Assembly: GCA_028718185.1 (NCBI GenBank)
Contig: JAQUMH010000001.1
Location: forward strand, 31,186-95,185
Direction of reading: 5' to 3'
Origin: Elusimicrobiota bacterium
Lineage (GTDB): Bacteria; Elusimicrobiota; UBA8919
DNA length: 64,000 nt
Positions 31,322 through 40,636 of the stretch are shown here, one piece after another. The stretch's first letter is position 1; every line of letters begins with the position of its first letter. The notes beneath the pieces were generated by a model. It ran no database searches and had not been told where the DNA came from. It was given only the letters and a program-made list of their open reading frames with translations. A program made the translations under genes and the position numbers.

Positions 31322-32332
31322 CTAATGATTTAATTCACTTTCAACATAACCAATAACAATGTCTATAACTTTATCCAAATTACCATTAATCGTACAACCG
31401 GAAGCATTTTTATGACCGCCACCACCGAACTTATTGGAAATTTTATTAACATCTATTTCCTTTGCAGAGCGAAAACTTACTTTTACTAAATTTTGTTTAT
31501 GCATTTCTTTAAAAAGTAACCATACTTGAACATTCGGAATCATTCCGGCATAATTAATAATTTCTTCCGTATCTTCAATTGTAGTTTTTGTTTTATTTAA
31601 ATCATCTTCCGTAATCGTTGTATATGCAATTCTGTTTGACCTACTCATTTTTATCTTAGTTAAGACAATGCCTAATAGATGAAGAGCATTAAGCGTTTTT
31701 GTTCCATAAATATGTTTATTAATTATATTAGTTTCAACACCGTATTTTAAAAGTTCAGAAGTTATAATATGTGATTGAGATGTAGTATTGGCATGCCTGA
31801 AATTATAAGTATCCGTAACTATTCCGGTATAAAGTAAAGTTGCCTCTTCTTTTGTTAAAGACATTTTTAAATATTTAAAAACATAATAAATCATTTCAGA
31901 AACTGATGAAGAAGTTGAGTCGAACCAGTTAATATCCGCCCACTCCTGTTGAAACAAGTGATGATCGATATTTATCGCTGTTTTTATATTTTTTTTTACA
32001 TCTATCATATTGCCAAAACGGGAAATTTCCGAACACTCCAAAAACACACCTACATCGAATTTTTTATCAACTTTTTGAGTAACTACTATTTTTTCCGAAT
32101 AGGGCAGAAACTTCAGAAAAGACGGGGTCGGATCATAATTGTATAAAAAAACGTCTTTTTTTAAACGTTTTAAAATCGAATACATAACAAGTGCAGCACC
32201 GATAGTATCGCCATCCGGTTTTTGGTGACCTGTTATAAAAAAACTTTTATTTTTTGGATTTTTTAGAACTTTTTTTATATCGGCGAGGTTTTTTAAAAAC
32301 TGTTTCGGTACGTTCAAGATTTTCCTCCTCAA
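31322..32332 (-). CDS. nrnA: DHH-family phosphoesterase (NrnA-like oligoribonuclease / pAp phosphatase)
   Basis: DGDTIGA, DHH and GGGHKNASG (DHHA1) motifs; overlaps rbfA 3' end so true start may be downstream or non-ATG. Confidence 0.8.
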   Translation of the reverse strand: MRRKILNVPKQFLKNLADIKKVLKNPKNKSFFITGHQKPDGDTIGAALVMYSILKRLKKDVFLYNYDPTPSFLKFLPYSEKIVVTQKVDKKFDVGVFLECSEISRFGNMIDVKKNIKTAINIDHHLFQQEWADINWFDSTSSSVSEMIYYVFKYLKMSLTKEEATLLYTGIVTDTYNFRHANTTSQSHIITSELLKYGVETNIINKHIYGTKTLNALHLLGIVLTKIKMSRSNRIAYTTITEDDLNKTKTTIEDTEEIINYAGMIPNVQVWLLFKEMHKQNLVKVSFRSAKEIDVNKISNKFGGGGHKNASGCTINGNLDKVIDIVIGYVESELNH

Positions 32333-32672
32333 TTTGATTCAAAAGCTCAAAAACACGCGATGCACGGGCAGGTGTGTTGTCATACTCAAATCTGATTACC
32401 GGGGTATATTTTATATGAAGGTCTTGTCCTATTTGCTTATTAATATACGCTCTGTAATTTTCAAGAACTATAGCTGTTCTTTTTCTTTCATCTTCATTTC
32501 CTAAAACACTGTAGGAAACCGTGGCATTCCTTAAATCAGGGGTTACTTTTACTTCAGTTATTGTAGTAAAACCCATCTTATCGCGCAAATCCCTAATTAT
32601 AACTTCAGAGATCCTTGCTTTTAATATTTCAGAGATTCTTGCACATCTTAATTCATTCATATTTCTTACCAT
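32247..32672 (-). CDS. rbfA: Ribosome-binding factor A
   Basis: RbfA-like KH fold sequence (RISEVIIRDLRDK...TITEVKVTPDLRNATVSYSV). Confidence 0.85.
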   Translation of the reverse strand: MVRNMNELRCARISEILKARISEVIIRDLRDKMGFTTITEVKVTPDLRNATVSYSVLGNEDERKRTAIVLENYRAYINKQIGQDLHIKYTPVIRFEYDNTPARASRVFELLNQIEEENLERTETVFKKPRRYKKSSKKSKK

Positions 32673-32681
32673 CCTTATAAA

Positions 32682-33065
32682 TCAATTTATATTTAACATC
32701 AAACAAACATTATGTATGACTTTCAGCCCGTTATCAAAACAGAATTTCAATGCGGCTTCATTTTCCGCGCCCGGCTGCATCCATACATATTTTATATTTT
32801 TTCCTTTACAATCCTTGACTATTTGTTCGGTAACTTTCGGCGGAGTTACTATGTCTACAGCATCAATAGGATACGAAATATCATTTATAGTAGGATAACA
32901 TTTAATATTTTCCACTTCCGACAAAGCCGGATTTACAGGAAAAGCATTGTAACCTTTTTCTATAAGTTTTAAAAATATCTTATATGCTATCTTGTCTTTT
33001 GAACAAAAAGAACCAATAACTGCGATGTTTTTCTGTTCCAAATATTCTTTAATTATATTTTCCAT
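32682..33065 (-). CDS. CoA-binding domain protein (YccU-like)
   Basis: 127 aa; IAVIGSFCSKDKIAYKIFLKLIEKGYNAFPVNP resembles CoA-binding domain. Confidence 0.55.
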   Translation of the reverse strand: MENIIKEYLEQKNIAVIGSFCSKDKIAYKIFLKLIEKGYNAFPVNPALSEVENIKCYPTINDISYPIDAVDIVTPPKVTEQIVKDCKGKNIKYVWMQPGAENEAALKFCFDNGLKVIHNVCLMLNIN

Positions 33066-33637
33066 TAATAATTTTCTGATAATACTTCATAATAGCTTTG
33101 TGGATGTTTGCAGGCCGGACATTCCTTCGGCGATTCTTTGCCTTCATAAATATAACCGCAGTTGCGGCAGTGCCATTTTACGATTTTATCCTTTTTAAAT
33201 AAACTATTCCCTTGCAGCTGTTTAGCAAGAATTCGATATCTTTCCTCATGAAATTTTTCCACTTTAGCTATCTGATTAAATGATTCAGCAATATTATTAA
33301 ATCCCTCAGCTTTTGCTGTCTTTTCAAAATCCGAATAAATAGTTGTCCATTCCATATTTTCACCTACAGCGGCATGAAGTAAATTTTCCTCTGTTGATTT
33401 GATAATACCCGCGGGATAACTCGCTGTAATCTCCACATCGCCACCTGATAGATATTTAAAAAATATCTTAGCGTGTTCTTTTTCATTTTCTGCTGTTTCA
33501 ATAAAAAGAGATGAAATTTGTTCGTAACCTTCTTTTTTTGCAGCAGATGCAAAATAAGTATACCTATTTCTTGCCTGCGATTCACCTGCAAATGCCTTCA
33601 AAAGATTTTTTTCTGTTTTACTTCCTTTTAATTCCAT
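33065..33637 (-). CDS. rbr: Rubrerythrin
   Basis: Ferritin-like diiron domain with E..H motifs plus C-terminal rubredoxin-like CRNCGY...CPACKHP. Confidence 0.9.
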   Translation of the reverse strand: MELKGSKTEKNLLKAFAGESQARNRYTYFASAAKKEGYEQISSLFIETAENEKEHAKIFFKYLSGGDVEITASYPAGIIKSTEENLLHAAVGENMEWTTIYSDFEKTAKAEGFNNIAESFNQIAKVEKFHEERYRILAKQLQGNSLFKKDKIVKWHCRNCGYIYEGKESPKECPACKHPQSYYEVLSENY

Positions 33638-33878
33638 TCTTATTCTCCTTTAAAATATCTTTAACTTTATCCCATCTTTCTGCTCCGATACACTCTCTTG
33701 CAGACTTGCACCATTCGATACAAGACGGGATTTTATCTTTAAAAACAAACTTTTTGCATTTTGGACACTTGACCCGAAACTCATCAGAAAATATTTCAAC
33801 TTCCTGAGCACAATAAGAACATTTATATATTCCTACTTTTAGATTTCTTGTCGATTGACCGGGACACTTTTCAAACAT
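33618..33878 (-). CDS. Small cysteine-rich zinc-ribbon-like protein
   Basis: 86 aa with CPG, CSYC, CPKC and further Cys pairs. Confidence 0.4.
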   Translation of the reverse strand: MFEKCPGQSTRNLKVGIYKCSYCAQEVEIFSDEFRVKCPKCKKFVFKDKIPSCIEWCKSARECIGAERWDKVKDILKENKNGIKRK

Positions 33879-33888
33879 AGCCTTTTAA

Positions 33889-34407
33889 TTACTTTTTTAT
33901 TTTACTATCTCTGTAAAACTTGTACAATAACGGTTCATCAGAAGCGACAACATCACCATTAATAACATCCGCAACAATTATCATATGTGTGCCACAATCA
34001 ATAAACATCTCTGATATAACTTTACATTCCATCCAGGCAAGAATATCGTCTAAAATAGGTGCTTTTACAGTAGAGAGGTTATATTTAACATTTTCAAATT
34101 TATTAATATCGCGCCCGGATTTAAGCCCAAAAAGAGAAACCAATTCTAACTGGCTCTGTTTTAATATATTTATCACAAAAACACCGCTTTCTTTAATAAG
34201 TTCATAAGTATAATTTTTCTTATTTATTCCAATGGCTACCCGTAAAGGCACTGACGTTATCTGAAAAACAGTGTTGCCTATTTGACCATTTATGCGACCG
34301 TCGCTACTTACTGATGTTATCACATAAAGCCCATAAGATATTTTATTTACTGCTTCGATTATTTTTTTTCTATTTTGTTCCATATTTATAAATTCATCCA
34401 GCTCCAT
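33889..34407 (-). CDS. Flavin reductase-like protein (FMN-binding split barrel)
   Basis: 172 aa; GLYVITSVSSDGRINGQIGNTVFQITSVPLRVAIGINK typical of flavin reductase/flavoredoxin family. Confidence 0.65.
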   Translation of the reverse strand: MELDEFINMEQNRKKIIEAVNKISYGLYVITSVSSDGRINGQIGNTVFQITSVPLRVAIGINKKNYTYELIKESGVFVINILKQSQLELVSLFGLKSGRDINKFENVKYNLSTVKAPILDDILAWMECKVISEMFIDCGTHMIIVADVINGDVVASDEPLLYKFYRDSKIKK

Positions 34408-34904
34408 GTTTTACTCTCTTCTTCCTGAAACCAATCGCCAGTTTTTGTTAAATAAAAATAAACATTGCTCAATGAATCCAAATGTTCTTTCTCTTGTTTC
34501 ATTAATTGTCCGAAAAAATCTTTTTCTAAATCATTTTTAGCGTTCTCGCGAAAATTAGCATATGCACTGTAACCCTTTTTTTCCATTTCCATTGCAATAT
34601 CATAACCGAAAACATTTTCAGAATCTTTTTTTAAATCTATGTTTTTTGCCCGAATAAAATATTCCTTAATTTCTTTTTCAATAGAAAAAACACTTTTCGA
34701 CATATCTAATTCAGAATTATTATTTACTTTTATTTGTTCATATATCTCTTCCACATCTTTAGCATGATTAACTTCTTGTGATGCCAACGAATAAAAAAGC
34801 TGTTTAGATAGTATATTTTTAGTTTTTTTAGCAATCTTAAGATAAAGTATTGTTCCTTTTATTTCGAAATCAAGTGCAAATTCCAAAGATTTAATTTTTC
34901 CCAT
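34386..34904 (-). CDS. Ferritin-like / rubrerythrin-like domain protein
   Basis: Paired E-x-x-H motifs (EVNHAKD, EKEHLD); ORF track starts at 34982 overlapping pheS, the internal Met at 34904 is the more likely start. Confidence 0.5.
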   Translation of the reverse strand: MGKIKSLEFALDFEIKGTILYLKIAKKTKNILSKQLFYSLASQEVNHAKDVEEIYEQIKVNNNSELDMSKSVFSIEKEIKEYFIRAKNIDLKKDSENVFGYDIAMEMEKKGYSAYANFRENAKNDLEKDFFGQLMKQEKEHLDSLSNVYFYLTKTGDWFQEEESKTWSWMNL

Positions 34905-34920
34905 AATACCTCCATATGCC

Positions 34921-35934
34921 TTAAAATTGTTTAAGAAAATCCAGTTCATTCTCATAGAAAAGACGCATGTCATCAATACCATATTTCAACATGGCGATAC
35001 GTTCAATACCCATGCCAAAAGCATAACCTGAATATTTCTTAGCATCATAACCCACGAATTCAAAAACCTTAGGATTCACCATTCCGCAACCCAGCAACTC
35101 AAGCCAACCGCTCTGTTTACAAACACTGCAACCTTTACCTTTACAAATCAAACATTGTATATCCACTTCAGCAGATGGTTCTGTGAAAGGAAAATAACTT
35201 GGTCTAAATCGTGATAATACATCAACTCCAAACATCCTTTTGACGAAAATTTCAAGCAGCGTTTTTAAATCAGCAAAAGTAATATCCTCATCAACAGCAA
35301 GACCCTCAACCTGATGAAATGTAAATGAATGTGAAGCATCAACAGCCTCGTGTCTATAAACCTTACCAGGTGCTATTATTCTTACAGGCGGCTTCTGTTT
35401 TTCCATCACATGTATCTGAACCGGTGAAGTATGTGTTCTTAAAAGCAAATCGTCTTTCCCTTCTATATAAAAAGTGTCCTGCATATCTCTCGATGGATGA
35501 TCTTTTGGAATATTTAAAGCTGTAAAATTATAATAATCAGTTTCAATTTCAGGTCCCGTTGCAACTTTAAAACCAAGGCTTAAAAAAATATTTTTCACTT
35601 CGGACATTATCTGTGTGATAGGATGAATTTTACCTATTATAAAAGGTTTCCCCGGAAGCGTAACATCAATTAAATCTTCCGAGTTGTTAGTTGTTGTTTT
35701 CTTTTTATTTATTTCAACTATACGTTCTTCAATTATATCGCTTAATTTTTGCTTTAAGATATTCAGTTTCTTACCAAAAGTTTTTTTGTCTTCTAAAGAT
35801 AATTTTGAAAGATTAGACAATTCTTCAGTAACTATACCTTTCCTGCCCAAATACTTAATCCGGATTTTTTCTATCTCTTCTATTGTTTGAGATTTAGATA
35901 TCTCTTCGAGTGCTTCTTTTTCAATGTCTTTCAT
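34921..35934 (-). CDS. pheS: Phenylalanine--tRNA ligase alpha subunit
   Basis: Class II aaRS motifs (FRPSYFPFTEPSAEVD, GMGIERIAMLKYGIDD). Confidence 0.95.
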   Translation of the reverse strand: MKDIEKEALEEISKSQTIEEIEKIRIKYLGRKGIVTEELSNLSKLSLEDKKTFGKKLNILKQKLSDIIEERIVEINKKKTTTNNSEDLIDVTLPGKPFIIGKIHPITQIMSEVKNIFLSLGFKVATGPEIETDYYNFTALNIPKDHPSRDMQDTFYIEGKDDLLLRTHTSPVQIHVMEKQKPPVRIIAPGKVYRHEAVDASHSFTFHQVEGLAVDEDITFADLKTLLEIFVKRMFGVDVLSRFRPSYFPFTEPSAEVDIQCLICKGKGCSVCKQSGWLELLGCGMVNPKVFEFVGYDAKKYSGYAFGMGIERIAMLKYGIDDMRLFYENELDFLKQF

Positions 35935-36218
35935 ATTCCTACCAGCTTATCAAGATGTTTTTTTGCCGTTTTATGGTCCGGCTTTATTTCAAGGGTTTTT
36001 TCAAACATTTTCTTTGCACCATCAATATCATTCTTAGCTTCCTTGACAATCCCCATGTTAAAATATGCATCCGCACTTTTAGGATTTATTTTTATAACCT
36101 TTTCAAATTCCGAAATTGCCTCATCATATTTTTCACTCAAAAAATAAAACTTGCCCATCTCAATCAAATCAATTTCATTTTTTGAATCAATTTCTAAACT
36201 TGAATCTTTATCTTTCAT
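35931..36218 (-). CDS. Small TPR-repeat protein
   Basis: 95 aa with two to three TPR-like units (AISEFEKVIKINPKSADAYFNMG...). Confidence 0.55.
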   Translation of the reverse strand: MKDKDSSLEIDSKNEIDLIEMGKFYFLSEKYDEAISEFEKVIKINPKSADAYFNMGIVKEAKNDIDGAKKMFEKTLEIKPDHKTAKKHLDKLVGI

Positions 36219-36901
36219 ATCTTTTTCACCCTATCGATATCAGTATAAGTCCCAATAATAACTATTGTATCACCATCCTGTAAAATATCTGATGCAGAAG
36301 GAGCAATAATCAATTCCTCTTTGAAATCGGTATCACCATCATCTTTTACATATGGTATTTTCCTTTTTATTCCTATAATATGTAATTTATACTTAGCTCT
36401 GATATCCAAATCTTTAATCGTTTTATTAATAAATTCTTTAGGAACTATTATTTCAGCTAAATTATATTCAGGTGAAAGTTCTATCTCTTCTATAATATTG
36501 GGTGATATCAGCATTTCAGCAAGTTTTATTCCCATATCTCTTTCCGGAAAAACAATTCTATCAGCACCAATCTTTTGGAGTACTCTTGAATGCAGCGGGT
36601 CAAGTCCTTTTACTATAATATGTTTTATGCCTAATTTTTTCAATATTAAGGTAGTCATAATACTTGCTTCACGATTATCCCCTGTAGCAACAACCACTGT
36701 CTCGCAATCATGTAATCCTAATTCTTTCATCGTTTTCTCATCAGTAGAATCTGCAACAATTGATTGTGTTACAAATGTAGAAATATCTTGTACTTTCTGC
36801 TCGTTTGTATCAATAGCTAATACTTGGACTCCTTTATCAGAAAGTTCCTTTGCAACTGCCACACCGAAAGTTCCAAGCCCGATCACTGCTACTTGTTTCA
36901 T
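36215..36901 (-). CDS. trkA: Potassium uptake protein TrkA/KtrA (RCK domain, NAD-binding)
   Basis: VAVIGLGTFG Rossmann motif, RCK_N and RCK_C layout. Confidence 0.85.
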   Translation of the reverse strand: MKQVAVIGLGTFGVAVAKELSDKGVQVLAIDTNEQKVQDISTFVTQSIVADSTDEKTMKELGLHDCETVVVATGDNREASIMTTLILKKLGIKHIIVKGLDPLHSRVLQKIGADRIVFPERDMGIKLAEMLISPNIIEEIELSPEYNLAEIIVPKEFINKTIKDLDIRAKYKLHIIGIKRKIPYVKDDGDTDFKEELIIAPSASDILQDGDTIVIIGTYTDIDRVKKI

Positions 36902-36954
36902 AATTAAGAACAGTTATTTAGTGACTTTATAACTATTCACTTTTTCACTGCCCC

Positions 36955-38286
36955 CTAACCGACAGCAATTTTATCTTCTGCGTAATAATATTTTTTATTA
37001 CTGTTTTCTTCCATAACTGCAACCGCAATTGTTAAAGGACCTAATCGACCGACAAACATAGCAATTATTATTAAAAACTTGCCCAATGGAGTAAAAAATG
37101 ATGAAAAAGAAAGTGGAGTTCTTAATGCTGCGGATAATCCACATGTAGCAAAAGCAGAAACTACTTCAAAAAGTGTCCTTAAAAAGTCCTTACCTTCAGT
37201 AACAAGTAAAGTAAAAGTTATGCCTAAAACAAAAATGAAAGATAGTAATGTCAAAATAAAAGATTTTTGAACAATTTCCGAAGAAATGGACCGTTTGAAT
37301 AAAGAAACATTCTTCCTGTTCTTAAAGGTCGCCCTTATGGCTGCAAAAAGAGTAGCAAAAGTAGTTGTTTTTATTCCGCCGCCTGTACCCGATGGTGAAG
37401 CACCTATGAACATAAGTCCGATAATCAATAATAAAACCGGTGCATTAAGAACTGATATATCAACAGTATTAAAACCTGCTGTTCGCGGGGTTATAGCCTG
37501 AAAATAAGCAGCTAAAATTTTACCTTTAAGTGACAATGCTCCAATTGTCATAGGATTTTTATATTCAAGCCAAAAAATTAAAACAGTAGATGATATTATG
37601 AGAAAAATTGTTGTAACTAATACTATTTTTGTATGTAAAAGAAGTCTTTTTGTCCTTTTGTAAGAATGTAAATCACTTATTACTATATAACCAATTCCGC
37701 CTATAATAATAAGAATGGTTATCCCTAAATTTACCGGTACTGAATCAACATATTTCATAAGATTGGTTTCAAATGTTGAAAAACCGGCATTACAAAAAGC
37801 TGAAACTGAATGAAAAATAGAATGCCCTGAACCGGCTAAAAAACCATACTCCGGAATCCATTTTAAAGATAGAATTAAAGCACCTATAAACTCAAAAAAC
37901 AACGTAATTTTTACAACATAAACAATAAATTTTCTTATTTCAGTAAATGAAAATGTTTGTATGCCTTCCACAAACGCCAATCTATCTTTAAGAGATATTT
38001 GTTTCCCAATCATTATAACAAAAAGAGTAGCTAGAGTCATATAACCTAACCCGCCAATCTGAATAAGTAATGCAATTACTATCTTCCCGAATAAAGACCA
38101 GTGTACTGCCGTATTAACAACAATCAACCCGGTAACACAAACAGCAGATGTTGTAGTAAACAAAGCATCTATAAAGCTAGTAAACAAACCTGATGCTGAA
38201 GAGATAGGTAAAGATAAAATAACACTTCCTGTAAAAATAACCGCAGCAAAACCAATTACTAGAATTTGTTGTGGTGAAAATTTCAT
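36955..38286 (-). CDS. trkH: Potassium transporter TrkH/KtrB
   Basis: 443-aa polytopic membrane protein with repeated selectivity-filter-like GxG segments (TGL, GGGIKT). Confidence 0.85.
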   Translation of the reverse strand: MKFSPQQILVIGFAAVIFTGSVILSLPISSASGLFTSFIDALFTTTSAVCVTGLIVVNTAVHWSLFGKIVIALLIQIGGLGYMTLATLFVIMIGKQISLKDRLAFVEGIQTFSFTEIRKFIVYVVKITLFFEFIGALILSLKWIPEYGFLAGSGHSIFHSVSAFCNAGFSTFETNLMKYVDSVPVNLGITILIIIGGIGYIVISDLHSYKRTKRLLLHTKIVLVTTIFLIISSTVLIFWLEYKNPMTIGALSLKGKILAAYFQAITPRTAGFNTVDISVLNAPVLLLIIGLMFIGASPSGTGGGIKTTTFATLFAAIRATFKNRKNVSLFKRSISSEIVQKSFILTLLSFIFVLGITFTLLVTEGKDFLRTLFEVVSAFATCGLSAALRTPLSFSSFFTPLGKFLIIIAMFVGRLGPLTIAVAVMEENSNKKYYYAEDKIAVG

Positions 38287-38292
38287 CTTAGA

Positions 38293-38655
38293 TTAAGCAG
38301 CCGGTAACGATTGCGATTTTGCAACATTAGCAAGTTGAGCAAAATCATCTGGCGAGGAAACAGCAATTTCTGCTAACATTTTCCGGTTTAGCAATATGCC
38401 TGCTTTTTTTATTCCGCTTATAAACTTACTGTACGTCAAACCATTGATGCGGGCAGCCGCATTAAGCGTCATAATCCATTGGCTTTTTTTATCTCGTTTT
38501 TTTTGTTTCCTGCCAACATAAGAATGAACCAATGCTTTATCTACCCGTTCAGAAGCATGAATATAAACATTCTTGTTTGATAACCGAAAACCCTTGGATT
38601 TCTTAAATAATCTCTTTTTTCTTCTTCTTGTAACAATACCGCCTTTAATTCGCAT
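38293..38655 (-). CDS. rplT: 50S ribosomal protein L20
   Basis: MRIKGGIVTRRRKKR...typical L20. Confidence 0.95.
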   Translation of the reverse strand: MRIKGGIVTRRRKKRLFKKSKGFRLSNKNVYIHASERVDKALVHSYVGRKQKKRDKKSQWIMTLNAAARINGLTYSKFISGIKKAGILLNRKMLAEIAVSSPDDFAQLANVAKSQSLPAA

Positions 38656-38747
38656 GATAAATTCAGTGATTAAGCAATTAAGTGATTAAGCGTTTAAGTA
38701 AAAACTAAACTACTTATCTGCTTATCTGCTTTTTATCCCCGCCTCCT

Positions 38748-38945
38748 TTATAGATAAGGTAGAATAGTCCTTATCATTTTCGTATCCGTCTTATTAAGTA
38801 CACCAGATTTCCTTAAACTACGCATTTTGCTGGATGATTTATCTGTCAGAAGATGACGGGCAAATGCTTTTTTCCTTTTAATCTTTCCGGTCGATGAAAT
38901 AAAAAATCTTTTTTTTGCGCCACTATGTGATTTTAACTTTGGCAT
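38748..38945 (-). CDS. rpmI: 50S ribosomal protein L35
   Basis: MPKLKSHSGAKKRF... typical L35, 65 aa. Confidence 0.9.
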   Translation of the reverse strand: MPKLKSHSGAKKRFFISSTGKIKRKKAFARHLLTDKSSSKMRSLRKSGVLNKTDTKMIRTILPYL

Positions 38946-39106
38946 TTTTCTCTCCTATAATAGAAACCCTGCAGACCCCTACTCAGTAACTATAAAAAAC
39001 TAAACAGCCACTGAGACTCTAACTTGTGTAATCCAATTTTTAATCTATTGAATTACAATCCTTGTGCTTTTTCAACTAAAAACTATTTATAATTTGTCGG
39101 TATTTG

Positions 39107-39685
39107 CTATTCGTGTTTGGTTTTTGGTGAAAGAATTACATTTATAGAATTTCCTATTAAACGAGGCGAAGCATCAGGTGCACCATATTCACTAACTTCT
39201 GCAAGCAACCGGTTAATTATCTCTCCACCTATTGAGATATGCTCTCTTTCTCTGCCAAAAAACTGCATTAATACCTTCACCTTATTTTTCTCTTCAAGAA
39301 ACTTTTGAATGTGCCGTATTTTAACTACTAAGTCATGTTCTCCAATTTTAGGCCTTATCTTTATTTCTTTCATTACACCTGTTTTATGCACCACTTTATT
39401 TTTCTTTTCCTGAATATACCTAAACTTTTTATAATCAATAACCTTACAAACCGGCGGAACCGCCTGTGGGGCTATTTCAACAAGGTCCAATCCTGCTTCT
39501 CTTGCCAGATGCAATGCTTCCTGTATAGGCTTTATTCCAAGCTGAGATCCATCTTCACTGACAAGCCTAACATTCTGTGCCCTAATCTGACCATTAATCC
39601 TTAAAAAACTTTTTGCGATTTTACACCACCCCCTATATAAAAAAGATAGCCCAGTGGCTATCTTAAATTCGGTGCTTTGCACCAC
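39107..39685 (-). CDS. infC: Translation initiation factor IF-3
   Basis: INGQIRAQNVRLV...LDLVEIAPQAVPPVCKVIDY signature; infC-rpmI-rplT order; true start may be an unusual codon. Confidence 0.9.
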   Translation of the reverse strand: MVQSTEFKIATGLSFLYRGWCKIAKSFLRINGQIRAQNVRLVSEDGSQLGIKPIQEALHLAREAGLDLVEIAPQAVPPVCKVIDYKKFRYIQEKKNKVVHKTGVMKEIKIRPKIGEHDLVVKIRHIQKFLEEKNKVKVLMQFFGREREHISIGGEIINRLLAEVSEYGAPDASPRLIGNSINVILSPKTKHE

Positions 39686-39782
39686 CTTTTCTCCACTGGA
39701 TTAAGGTGACTCATAAAACAAATGAGTTCTTATATTGCAATTATACAATTAAAAGTTTATTTGTCAAGCCCAATTGTGTTTT

Positions 39783-40466
39783 TTATTTTTTCAACAATTT
39801 TTTAGATTCGTTAAGTTTCTGTTGAGCATCTTTATAAGAAGGAGCTACTTTAAGAACATTCTTAAATTCAGCAATAGCAAGTTCATATTCTTCATTGTTA
39901 AAGTATATTACCCCTCTTTGATAAATTTCGTTCAACATTACTGCCATTTTTTTCTCTGAAGGTTCAGATGATTCACTACCAAACAACCGATAATAAAGTG
40001 CAATGTTACAAACAAATTCTACACCGTCAACTTTTACATCGTCAGAATTAAGGGCAATAAATGTCGGTGAAAAATCCAATGCAAGCGATAATTCTTCTGT
40101 AATAAAATACTCACTTCCAACAAACAATGCACCTTCATATCCTGTACCTTTGATATCCAAAGTGTCAAACCCTATATACCCGCCTTCAAGTCCTATGAAT
40201 AACCTTAATTTATCAGCAGAATAAAAATTGTAATACAATCTTCCTGCATAAACATTTATTCCGTCACTTGTAGCAAACCTTCCTTCACCAACAAGTTTTG
40301 AGAAATCATATTTCAATCCAATATAAGGCCAACCAAGTCCGATACTAACCTCACCAGCATTAAGGACAGTGAGAAAACAAGAGAGTAAGAGGGTAAAAAC
40401 AAAAAACCTATTAAAAAACAAGTGAGCAAAACTACGAATTTGAGACCGTTTTGAAAATTGATACAT
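39783..40466 (-). CDS. Secreted hypothetical protein, outer-membrane beta-barrel-like N-region with C-terminal TPR-like tail
   Basis: Signal-peptide-like N-terminus, alternating hydrophobic Gly/Tyr-rich strands, C-terminal NNEEYELAIAEFKNVLKVAP. Confidence 0.4.
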   Translation of the reverse strand: MYQFSKRSQIRSFAHLFFNRFFVFTLLLSCFLTVLNAGEVSIGLGWPYIGLKYDFSKLVGEGRFATSDGINVYAGRLYYNFYSADKLRLFIGLEGGYIGFDTLDIKGTGYEGALFVGSEYFITEELSLALDFSPTFIALNSDDVKVDGVEFVCNIALYYRLFGSESSEPSEKKMAVMLNEIYQRGVIYFNNEEYELAIAEFKNVLKVAPSYKDAQQKLNESKKLLKK

Positions 40467-40636
40467 GTTCTTATATCCTGTTATTGAGCATTCTATCTAA
40501 CGTTTCAGACTATATGAAGTCGGCGTAAACCTATTTGGGTGAATGCATTGAGCCATAATCATTAACCCCTAATTATTCTTATGTGAATTATACGGACTTG
40601 GATATACATTTACATTACTTAAATTATCTCCATGAA

